A DNA stretch of 64,000 bases from a virus (IMGVR_UViG_3300037424_001177:95229-159228), one strand, 5' to 3'; positions 40,392 to 48,479 are shown, counted from the stretch's first letter. Notes: a model not told the origin generated them from the sequence alone. Numbers and translations: made by a program.

Positions 40392-41633
40392 ATGCCGGAA
40401 CTACACCAGATCAATCTGCGGAGCCCCAGTTACCTACAGGCAGCGCTCAATTGGCGGTTCGCCGGTCATTTGGACTTTGGAGCTGAGACTGTCGGTATTG
40501 ACGGTTCAGACCTAAGACGCGGCACCGTCTTTGTGGGAGCTGGACGGCGTCTCGTTCGAGTTATGTTTCGTGGTGAGGGTAACAAGGGGTTGGCCATAAG
40601 TGGTGGCACTTTCACAGATGCCACTAGCTATCTCAATACGCTGTGTCGTTTCAACGAGGCGACGATCTTTCCGACGAAAACAACCGGTGCCATCACGTAC
40701 ACCCATGTGTCTTCCGCACACTACTACAACAGCTCTTTGTGGGTACTTGGAAAAAGCTCAGTGTCGGTCCCTCGCATTATGGCTTTGCCTTACAGCGCTG
40801 ACATACCAACAGGAAGCTCGGATAACTGGATTGCGCCTCCACCCGGACACGCAATTACAAGCGGAGTGGCTCTTGCCTTACGTAGGACTGCCAATGTCTT
40901 CTATTATTTGGTGAACAACAACACAGGCGCAACAGCTACTATTTACAGCGCCCCAGCTTCGTCGGCAACCGCAGGCTTCACCTCTATCACGACAACGCCG
41001 ATTCCAAGTTTTGAAGTCGTCAACTACCAAATCGATGACACAGGTACGGTCCAGATGGCGGGTACGTCATTTGGTGCAACGTATCGTTCTTTGGATGGAG
41101 GCGTCACTTGGTCTGCCATGGCGCTTTTCTTGGCTCCCTCACCATTTGTGGAGATTCAGTACTCGTCGATGTTCAACCGATGGATCATGGGATCCGATGC
41201 TGATGGGGAGGAACAGTACTACTCCGACGATAGCGGTGCCTCATGGACTACGTGCCGCGTGTTGGACCCTCTTGGCCCAACGATAGCTACGACGCCTGTA
41301 GGGCTGGCTTTCAACGTCATCGAGAAAGTTGATCCTGAAGGGCAAATCATGCTGGGCATGTACGGTACACCGCCACAGGTTTTCATCAGTCGCAATGGGG
41401 GACGCCTCTGGCAGTTCCTAACTTCCTTGACTGCTCCCTTTTTCGATCAATCAGACTATCCGTTCACGGACAACGACTCGAATCCGAATCCCGTCTCGTT
41501 GTTGAATGACGGGTCTCGAATTCACGCCTACTATCCGGGCGTGAACGACCCAGCTGTATTCGCAAGTGATGCCTACGCCATACCTGCGTACGGAGCCACA
41601 AACCCCGTCGATCCTCGTATGTGGTTGCCTTAA
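40392..41633 (+). CDS. BNR/Asp-box beta-propeller protein (putative receptor-binding)
   Basis: SLDGGVTW, SDDSGASW, SRNGGRLW Asp-boxes. Confidence 0.7.
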   Translation: MPELHQINLRSPSYLQAALNWRFAGHLDFGAETVGIDGSDLRRGTVFVGAGRRLVRVMFRGEGNKGLAISGGTFTDATSYLNTLCRFNEATIFPTKTTGAITYTHVSSAHYYNSSLWVLGKSSVSVPRIMALPYSADIPTGSSDNWIAPPPGHAITSGVALALRRTANVFYYLVNNNTGATATIYSAPASSATAGFTSITTTPIPSFEVVNYQIDDTGTVQMAGTSFGATYRSLDGGVTWSAMALFLAPSPFVEIQYSSMFNRWIMGSDADGEEQYYSDDSGASWTTCRVLDPLGPTIATTPVGLAFNVIEKVDPEGQIMLGMYGTPPQVFISRNGGRLWQFLTSLTAPFFDQSDYPFTDNDSNPNPVSLLNDGSRIHAYYPGVNDPAVFASDAYAIPAYGATNPVDPRMWLP

Positions 41634-41642
41634 GGGCGACGG

Positions 41643-42863
41643 CTAGAAGTTGTAGAACAACTCCGAGCGCGGCTGACCCACTTGTACGTTTCCGAAGTCG
41701 TATGTCGGCATGGCGAACTTCACAGAACCGGACAAGAAGACACCGTATTGGTTCCACACAGCGAATCCGTCTCTCCAAGGTTTGATCCCACGAAGATGGT
41801 ATGAACTGCCGTTGACAGGGTTACCAAATGCCGAGAAGTTCCATCGTCTGCCTGCGTTTACAGTCCAAAGAGCGCCGCGCACGAACAGGTCGCCAGAAAG
41901 CCCCTTAGTGTTTGCTGCTAGACAGAACACGGGACCATTTGCAGCTAAGAGCCTTCCGCGATCCACACCTGTCGGCTCAATGATGTCTGCGTAGGTTGCC
42001 GCAGCTGCTCCAGGTATGACAGTCCAGTTCAGGCCGTCTGGTGAAACTGCCATCTGCAAAGATCCGTCCAGTAGTAGGAACTGATTCCAGACGGAATTCC
42101 AAGCAACTTGATATGTATCCCAACTGAAAAAACTGCTCGAGAACTCAGAAGGCAGAGTGACAGACGACCAAGTTGTCCCGTTGTCTGTCGACCTGAGAAT
42201 GGAACCCAACAGACTGCCTGTGGCCAAAACGGTTTGGCCACTGTGGGTGGGTATGATGTGAAAGATGTGGCTTGCATTCCAAGCGGCAGGCACTGTTCGC
42301 AGTGACCAAGACGACCCACCGTTGTCACTCGTAGCGATACGACTCGTGGTGACTCCGGTTCCGTGCACACCAGCTAAAATGCGACCCGGAAAAACGTATC
42401 GAGATAGGGCCAGGGCTGAAAGTCCATGCGATGTTGGTGCGACGTTTGTGATTGCCGAAAATGTGGTAGAGTTGCTGGTGCGGTAAACATCCTGACTCCC
42501 GTGCAATACGGCGAGTGACACTCCCTGGTATTCACCGAGCACAGTTAGAGTGTTTGTACCTCCTCCTGCGAAGGCTGAAATCTCTGGCAAGATATGCCAG
42601 GCACTGGATGCTGTGAATCCGGCGTCGACATTCCAGCCTCCTCCGTCCCCGCCGATGATGATTTCTGCACCAAACGTGTTACCGAATCGTCCCGCCAACA
42701 AGATCTCGTGAGCTGGATAAACGAAGGAATCGTCAGCGATGTTTACGATGTACGGTGACAGGGTTTCGACCGGGAATGTCTGTCCACCGAAAGACTGAAA
42801 CCGCCAGTGTGCCATTGCACCGCTGATGATGCCGTCTGAGACTAAGGTTTTGAAACGTGCCAT
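41643..42863 (-). CDS. BNR/Asp-box beta-propeller protein (putative receptor-binding)
   Basis: SDNGGSSW, STDNGTTW, SPDGLNW, TVNAGRRW. Confidence 0.7.
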   Translation of the reverse strand: MARFKTLVSDGIISGAMAHWRFQSFGGQTFPVETLSPYIVNIADDSFVYPAHEILLAGRFGNTFGAEIIIGGDGGGWNVDAGFTASSAWHILPEISAFAGGGTNTLTVLGEYQGVSLAVLHGSQDVYRTSNSTTFSAITNVAPTSHGLSALALSRYVFPGRILAGVHGTGVTTSRIATSDNGGSSWSLRTVPAAWNASHIFHIIPTHSGQTVLATGSLLGSILRSTDNGTTWSSVTLPSEFSSSFFSWDTYQVAWNSVWNQFLLLDGSLQMAVSPDGLNWTVIPGAAAATYADIIEPTGVDRGRLLAANGPVFCLAANTKGLSGDLFVRGALWTVNAGRRWNFSAFGNPVNGSSYHLRGIKPWRDGFAVWNQYGVFLSGSVKFAMPTYDFGNVQVGQPRSELFYNF

Positions 42864-42903
42864 CCTTCAGTTCCTAGACACCTGCGGAGGGTAGCGGGAG
42901 AGA

Positions 42904-43380
42904 TCATTTCGCGGGCGTGACAGGAACCGGGCAAGGCTCCACCTTCAACATCGAGCAGAGCTTGTCCGCTTGAGCGCCGAGAGTGATAGCCTGTTCCCGG
43001 ATGGCAGGCACAGCATCGGTGATTTTGGTGACGGTTGGACAGACGTCGTTCATGAGCGTTCGGATCGTCTTGTCGTCTTGTTTGAACAGCGGGAGGATGG
43101 CGCAGGCTGTCTGCACGAGGGCACCAGCGGCGATGGCCGCCTCACCGGACTGGGTGATAGACTTGACCATTCCTTGGACCTTGGCACAGCCGCCGGGCTG
43201 TTTCAGGGCTTCTGAGGCCTCCTGGAAGGTCGTCTTGGCGGATTCGACCAAGGCTGTCGTAGTGGCGACGCCGTTGGTCACCGTGTCCCGAAGGTTATTG
43301 AGGTCTTCTGGCGTCGGAGTGCGTTCGCAACCGAAGACGAGAGTGGATACGACACAAAGAGCGATTAGATTTTTCATCAT
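42904..43380 (-). CDS. Helical lipoprotein
   Basis: MMKN-hydrophobic-LVFG-C lipobox. Confidence 0.65.
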   Translation of the reverse strand: MMKNLIALCVVSTLVFGCERTPTPEDLNNLRDTVTNGVATTTALVESAKTTFQEASEALKQPGGCAKVQGMVKSITQSGEAAIAAGALVQTACAILPLFKQDDKTIRTLMNDVCPTVTKITDAVPAIREQAITLGAQADKLCSMLKVEPCPVPVTPAK

Positions 43381-43440
43381 GGGCTTCACCTGACAGGGGC
43401 GAGGCCACAAGAGCTTTCACTGGGGGGAAGGCTTGCTCGG

Positions 43441-43809
43441 CTAAACGTTGGTCCACTTTTTCAGTGTTTCGGCAAACACGCGACCATTTGGACTGCTGGT
43501 TTGGACGATGCCTACTGGGTCCTCAGGAACCAGTAGTAAGTCGATTTCCACCTTGAGCCACGCTGCGAAGAGTTTCAAGGGACCTTCTGTGAATTGCTTG
43601 TGAACTTCGAGGAGGACTTCGAGCCGGACTGAACTCCGCTTGTCTGACACAGCCGCTTTGTATCGTGAAGCCGCAAGAGTCTTGTCAACAGGTGTTCCAA
43701 CAAGGTCGGATTTACGACGTGCGCGATACCTCAGCCAAGTCTTGGGCCGCAATCCAGTTGCCCAGATATTCAGATGACTGTCGGCGTAGGAGGGCATTTT
43801 CATGTTCAA
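43441..43809 (-). CDS. Hypothetical protein
   Basis: 122-aa ORF; start uncertain. Confidence 0.4.
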   Translation of the reverse strand: MNMKMPSYADSHLNIWATGLRPKTWLRYRARRKSDLVGTPVDKTLAASRYKAAVSDKRSSVRLEVLLEVHKQFTEGPLKLFAAWLKVEIDLLLVPEDPVGIVQTSSPNGRVFAETLKKWTNV

Positions 43810-43862
43810 GGTTTGCGATACGTTCCTCGAGTTGTAGGTTTCTCGCTCTCAGCGTCTTGATC

Positions 43863-43933
43863 TTGTCTTCTTCCACGCAGGCATGATAGCTTACCTGTTC
43901 CGACAACTCAAATGGCTGCGAATAAATTGAAAC
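43863..43933 (+). repeat. Degenerate promoter + CRISPR-like repeat cassette (D)
   Basis: TTGTCT-18 nt-(TGa)TAGCTT then GTTCCGACAACTCAAATGGCTGCGAATAAATTGAAAC. Confidence 0.6.
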
Positions 43934-44472
43934 AATGGGGGACACTCTCGGAGAAACAACTCCAAATCTTGCGACCGTATCTCCGAGGTCGTGTCGTACA
44001 CGACCTCGGAGCCGGCAACTTGGCTCTCGCCAACGTCTTGCTGGACCATGGCGCCAAGAGAGTCATCGCGATCGATGAAAAGCAACCTCGTCCGCCGAAC
44101 GACAATGCACGGATCGAATTCGTACGTACGAAGTTTGAGAACTACAAAGCCAACATCAGGACGGCGTTCGTGTCTTGGCCGACTAACACTGTGTACTGGC
44201 CCGACCACAACACACAGCCGGCACTCGTGCATTTGATCAGTTGTGCGAGTAGGATCATCTACTTGGGCAAAAACACGAGCGGCGTGTTGTGTGGAACCCC
44301 TGCCTTGTATAGGTTCCTGTCGAAACGGGAAGTCCTGGAACACTGGCCGGAGGACGCCAACACGCTTGTCGTCTACGGACCGACAAGCGTGGACTCTATA
44401 GACAGACCCCTACTCCTTGTCGAGCGCGCGGGTATCGACCACACAAGAGTCTACCATTCCGATTTTACTTGA
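43912..44472 (+). CDS. SAM-dependent methyltransferase-fold protein
   Basis: VHDLGAG, VIAID, FVSWP, IYLG. Confidence 0.6.
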   Translation: MAANKLKQWGTLSEKQLQILRPYLRGRVVHDLGAGNLALANVLLDHGAKRVIAIDEKQPRPPNDNARIEFVRTKFENYKANIRTAFVSWPTNTVYWPDHNTQPALVHLISCASRIIYLGKNTSGVLCGTPALYRFLSKREVLEHWPEDANTLVVYGPTSVDSIDRPLLLVERAGIDHTRVYHSDFT

Positions 44473-44507
44473 CGGGCTAGGTAGTCCCTGTCAGGATTCG
44501 ATCCATC

Positions 44508-44750
44508 ATGCCTCGTGAACTGTGGCCCACACCAGCGGTGACCTACCTTGACGGTCCCAGGAAACCGCTCGCGGACCTTCGAGCGTCAGATGTCCCGCGT
44601 GGTCTTGATAGCGATACCGTCATCACGTTGTCTGCTGAGGCGTTTACGACAGTAATGGGACTCATCGAAAATCCCCCGCAGCCAAGTCAACGCCTACGAG
44701 AAGCAGCGAAGCGGCATATGAATTCGGAGACGTATTGTCGAGGCGGCTGA
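44508..44750 (+). CDS. DUF1778/TacA-like antitoxin C-terminal fragment
   Basis: ITLSAEAF..+..++ENPP.PS.RLR.A resembles DUF1778 C-terminus. Confidence 0.55.
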   Translation: MPRELWPTPAVTYLDGPRKPLADLRASDVPRGLDSDTVITLSAEAFTTVMGLIENPPQPSQRLREAAKRHMNSETYCRGG

Positions 44751-44778
44751 GAAAGAACTCACCAAACTTTGTTCTTTG

Positions 44779-44808
44779 AAGCCGCCCGGGACCCCCGAGG
44801 CGGCTTTT
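44779..44808 (+). terminator. Intrinsic terminator-like hairpin
   Basis: AAGCCGCC...GGCGGCTT followed by short T run. Confidence 0.55.
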
Positions 44809-44817
44809 GACATTTCT

Positions 44818-44900
44818 GGGTCCGGGGTTCGTCGTCGGAACGCGACTCACGCTGTAAACGTGGGGCCATTGGCTAAGAAGTTCAACTCTTCACGGACCCA
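44818..44900 (+). tRNA. trnY: tRNA-Tyr(GTA)
   Basis: GGGTCCG/CGGACCC acceptor, loop CTGTAAA, variable arm, GTTCAA; atypical D arm. Confidence 0.75.
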
Positions 44901-44962
44901 CAAAGAAAGACACGATCATGAAAACAGTGAAACACAAGCCCGTGAAGGCGGGCACAACGAAT

Positions 44963-45034
44963 GGAGGTGTAGCTAAATGGTAATGCAACGTGCTTTTAAC
45001 ACGTAGATTGCAGGTTCGAGCCCTGTCACCTCCA
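44963..45034 (+). tRNA. trnK: tRNA-Lys(TTT)
   Basis: Cloverleaf, loop CTTTTAA. Confidence 0.9.
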
Positions 45035-45040
45035 CTTGAT

Positions 45041-45113
45041 GGGTTGCTAACTCAACAGGTAGAGTAGCAGGTTCTTAACCTGAAAGTTCCGAGTTCGATT
45101 CTCGGGCAGCCCA
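45041..45113 (+). tRNA. trnK: tRNA-Lys(CTT)
   Basis: Cloverleaf, loop TTCTTAA. Confidence 0.9.
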
Positions 45114-45122
45114 CAGTTCGTA

Positions 45123-45196
45123 TTCCAGGATCGGCTAATTGGTAGGCCACGTCGCTCTGAACGACGGAACGCTGGTTCGATTCCAGCTCCTGGAAC
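45123..45196 (+). tRNA. trnQ: tRNA-Gln(CTG)
   Basis: Cloverleaf, loop CTCTGAA. Confidence 0.88.
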
Positions 45197-45312
45197 TGAG
45201 ACTTCAGGTCTCTTCAAAAGTCCTTTCGAGGACCTTGCTTTTTGACAATTCGTGTTTTTTCACTCGTGTGGCAGATCGGTGCCCACCCAGGTACCGATCT
45301 GCCCACAAACTT

Positions 45313-45388
45313 GTCCCATTAGTCTAGTGGCTCAGGACGCTGCCTTCTCAAGGCGGTAGCGACGGTTCGAATCCGTCATGGGACGCCA
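45313..45388 (+). tRNA. trnE: tRNA-Glu(CTC)
   Basis: Cloverleaf, loop TTCTCAA, CCA end. Confidence 0.92.
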
Positions 45389-45389
45389 T

Positions 45390-45473
45390 TGTAGGGTCGC
45401 GTAACGGTAGCGCACTCGGCTGTTAACCGAGCGAGGAAAACCTCATTTGCAGGTTCGAGTCCTGCCCCTACAG
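45390..45473 (+). tRNA. trnN: tRNA-Asn(GTT) with long variable arm
   Basis: Loop CTGTTAA; extra GAGG-AAAA-CCTC arm. Confidence 0.85.
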
Positions 45474-45917
45474 CTAGACCTTGCCCTTCTTCCAAACGAG
45501 TTTTTGTGCCGCCTCCCGAATGATGCGGAGCGTTGTGTCAGCTTGCTCTATCCGACCGTCGGACCGGAGTTCTTGCTCGGCCCGTTTCAAGTAGTTGACT
45601 TGGGCTTGAGCCAGCTTGGCCCGAACGTTAGCTCCTGAGTCATCCGTTCTGATTTGTGTTTCCTGCAAAATGCTCTTGGGCAGGACAGTGACGACCGTGT
45701 CGTACTTTTTGAGAACGGTTTCAAGCTGCGGCATTTCGTAGGCTACGAGATCCAAATTCTCCCCGAACCCTCGTGTAGTCGGGATGATCGATCCGTCGGC
45801 CGTTTCCTCGATTCTCCACTTAGTTTTGTTCCAGAGGAGCGAGAACCTACTTCCGTTGACTGCGTTGTCCCAACGAGCTGTTTTATAGCGCTGAACGACG
45901 CGGGCCGGGCTGTCCAT
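45474..45917 (-). CDS. Hypothetical protein with RVxxRY N-terminal tag
   Basis: MDSPARVVQRYKTA; AAGGAAG RBS. Confidence 0.6.
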   Translation of the reverse strand: MDSPARVVQRYKTARWDNAVNGSRFSLLWNKTKWRIEETADGSIIPTTRGFGENLDLVAYEMPQLETVLKKYDTVVTVLPKSILQETQIRTDDSGANVRAKLAQAQVNYLKRAEQELRSDGRIEQADTTLRIIREAAQKLVWKKGKV

Positions 45918-45944
45918 ACTTCCTTGGTTTTGACAAGTATTTTC

Positions 45945-46020
45945 GCGGGTGTCACCTCAATGGCGAGGTCGTTGCCTTCCAAGCAAATGTCGGCCGGTTC
46001 GATTCCGGTCACCCGCTCCA
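45945..46020 (+). tRNA. trnG: tRNA-Gly(TCC)
   Basis: Loop CTTCCAA, TCCA end. Confidence 0.9.
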
Positions 46021-46096
46021 AAATGTAAAATATTGACTTGATCGTGTTTTGGATCGTAGGTTTCCATTTTGGGGAAAACCAAATGAGATACCACAC

Positions 46097-47353
46097 ATGA
46101 AAACCATCCAAATCACACTCGCCGTCGCCCTACTTTTTGCGTGCTCAGGCGCACCTAACCAACGAGTCCCACAAGATGTCGAGGTGGTCACACAGGCACT
46201 CAGCGACTACGCTATCACTGCCACGGTGATCGACAATCCTGCGGCCGGGCTCACACGGACCAAGCACACCGTCCAGCAGGGGACAGATCCTCTGAACGTG
46301 TTTGGCGTGACCCGCGTCAAGTCTTCGTACTCACACAAGCCGGTCATTCTTCACGGACCATTTGGATACGACTACCGATGGTACGAGCTCACAGAGACGA
46401 CCAACTACCGGAAGTCCTTTCTAGGCTCCCTCGCGACGTTAGGGTTCGATGTTTGGGTGATCGACGACAGGTTGTCGAAGCAAGCCCCAGGGACTTGCGA
46501 AGTCACTGGTTGCCTAGCGATGGGCGACTGGACTGTGCAGACTAGGGTCGACGACGCAGAGTTCGTGAGAGGCCTTGTTCTTGGTGCCTACGGCTTGAAC
46601 CAGAAGGTCGTGATCGGGGGCTACGTCGGTGGCGCCATGTTCGCACAAGCGACCGTCAACGCGTTCCCTGACCACTACGCGGGCTTGTTCCTTTGGGAGG
46701 GCTCGATGGTGGCGGATTCCGCCCAACAGGCGTTCTCGGCACCCAACTGTGGGCTCCTACAGTTCGTCACCTCTCTCGGGATCTACTCTGATCCGACTCC
46801 CCAAATCTTCGCGTTACTGTTCCAACTGAAGCAAGCTGACCCAACAGGGATCTCGCCAGTGCCTGGGATCCCTGGACTTGAGTTCCTAGCTGCCAAACTC
46901 GCTGAGCTGGGGATCGTGAACGCGACGAATGATCAGGTCTTCTACGTGGTCAGCACGCAACATTTGAACAATCCCAACTGGCCGACGCCAAGCTTTCACT
47001 TCCTCGCCGGTGACTCAACCGGTGTCGACTTCGCTTCAGAGCCTCGCTACCTCAAGATTGGTGGCATCGTGGACGCCTATGCCAGCCTGACCACAATCCG
47101 GGACATCACGTGCGGCCTGGCAGGCGATACGACGTACACGGACAACCTAGCGGCCTTCGAGGGCAAAGTCTTGGCGCTTGGTGCGCATGGCGGGTTCGGT
47201 GCTGAGCTTGAGTTCACGGAAGCCGCTTACGAAAACGCGGACTACGACGTGTTCGTGAACGAGGACTTCGGCGAGAGCGATCGCTTCTTCAATCCACATC
47301 GCTTCTTGCTCGCAGACGTTCCCTTTGCTATTTGGGCATCGACAGTTTTTTAA
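46097..47353 (+). CDS. Alpha/beta-hydrolase-fold lipoprotein
   Basis: Lipobox LLFA-C; ILHG, GFDVW.ID.R; elbow reads GYVGG. Confidence 0.65.
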   Translation: MKTIQITLAVALLFACSGAPNQRVPQDVEVVTQALSDYAITATVIDNPAAGLTRTKHTVQQGTDPLNVFGVTRVKSSYSHKPVILHGPFGYDYRWYELTETTNYRKSFLGSLATLGFDVWVIDDRLSKQAPGTCEVTGCLAMGDWTVQTRVDDAEFVRGLVLGAYGLNQKVVIGGYVGGAMFAQATVNAFPDHYAGLFLWEGSMVADSAQQAFSAPNCGLLQFVTSLGIYSDPTPQIFALLFQLKQADPTGISPVPGIPGLEFLAAKLAELGIVNATNDQVFYVVSTQHLNNPNWPTPSFHFLAGDSTGVDFASEPRYLKIGGIVDAYASLTTIRDITCGLAGDTTYTDNLAAFEGKVLALGAHGGFGAELEFTEAAYENADYDVFVNEDFGESDRFFNPHRFLLADVPFAIWASTVF

Positions 47354-47406
47354 CCGTCAGACGTTGAGAGGCTACCAGGTTGCCCTACCGTTAGGGCTAA
47401 TTGACC

Positions 47407-47865
47407 CTAGTCGACGATCCCCATCAGGAAAGCTTCCTCTTCCGACTCCTCGACAACAATCACAGGCTGAGTGTTTGGGATCCCATAGTCCAGGGTCCCA
47501 GCTCTCAGCTCCGTGAGGAGCTGAATTCTCCCCATGTGGTTGCCGAGAAGATCTCGGATTCGCCGCGCCTCAGGCGTTCCGCGTTCGAGGGCATTCTCTT
47601 TGGCTACTTTAGTCAACATCACCCAAGTCGTGGCAGGACCGTCCCCGTCGGCTGTCGTGAATCCCACGTCTCGGTCCTTGACTGAATTGATGGGAAGAAA
47701 GCACTCTTTGGGTCCGAGCCTGTGCTGACGCACAGCTTCCAGAAGCTCGAAAATGTTGTCGTATTTCAATTTTATCCGCCACCCAATGAAGGCGATGGAA
47801 AACAACTTAGCAGAAGGAATCTTGTGTCACAAGTGTTCTCACTCGAAAATGTTGTCGTAGATCAT
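47407..47865 (-). CDS. Hypothetical protein interrupted after codon 8 by cassette C (may restart at an in-frame TTG in the cassette)
   Basis: Removing cassette plus one duplication gives MIYDNIFELLEAV..., with ATG 1 nt after the upstream gene's TAG. Confidence 0.6.
47764..47841 (-). mobile_element. Promoter + single CRISPR-like repeat cassette (C), 18-bp flanking duplication
   Basis: CTCGAAAATGTTGTCGTA at 47746-47763 and 47842-47859; TTGTGA-17 nt-TAAGTT; TTCCATCGCCTTCATTGGGTGGCGGATAAAATTGAAA. Confidence 0.78.
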
Positions 47866-47866
47866 C

Positions 47867-48175
47867 CTAGCGTGGGCCCGGTAGCTTAGGCGCCTTCCGA
47901 GAGTAGTCGCGAGTGTCTTGGGCCGACCAAGTCTGGTTAACGATGCCCGCAGCGTGGTAGAGAGCTGAGGATACCCTCATTTCTTGACCCATCTTTTCCG
48001 CAGCGGTTCCAAGACTCCAAACCGCTGAAAACAAGAGACGCTTCGGGTTGCCGCTACCTTTAGCGATCCTCTTGAGAGCTTCGATCGCCGCTTGAATGTC
48101 TTCGACAGCTTCGGCCGACGGCTTCGCGGCCTCTTTCAAGGAGCGGAACCGGGCTACGACTCGTTTGGCTTCCAT
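47867..48175 (-). CDS. Small protein with RVxxRF tag
   Basis: MEAKRVVARFRSLKEAA; GAGGT RBS. Confidence 0.65.
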   Translation of the reverse strand: MEAKRVVARFRSLKEAAKPSAEAVEDIQAAIEALKRIAKGSGNPKRLLFSAVWSLGTAAEKMGQEMRVSSALYHAAGIVNQTWSAQDTRDYSRKAPKLPGPR

Positions 48176-48477
48176 GTCTTTAGTACCTCAAAATGTCCCA
48201 TCAGATCTTCTTCGCGTACCAGTAGGCCTTCACAAAGTCCCCGAGGTCGGAGCCACTCCACAGCAGATTGCCACTCGGTGCGCGGGGTGTAGAACCTGGG
48301 TCCCTTCGCGCTGACCACAACCGTCGTGTTTTTCTCGCCCTTCAAAATCTCGTCGTTCGAATTCAAGCCGTAACCGTACACAGCTAATTGTTTTTCAGCC
48401 AAGGCCATTTTTTGGGGAGCCAGCTTGGTAGCGGCAACCAATGCCTGAAATCGGGCTACGACTCGTTTGGCTTCCAT
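48154..48477 (-). CDS. Small protein with RVxxRF tag
   Basis: MEAKRVVARFQALVAA; first 26 nt identical to next gene. Confidence 0.6.
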   Translation of the reverse strand: MEAKRVVARFQALVAATKLAPQKMALAEKQLAVYGYGLNSNDEILKGEKNTTVVVSAKGPRFYTPRTEWQSAVEWLRPRGLCEGLLVREEDLMGHFEVLKTWKPNES

Positions 48478-48479
48478 AC

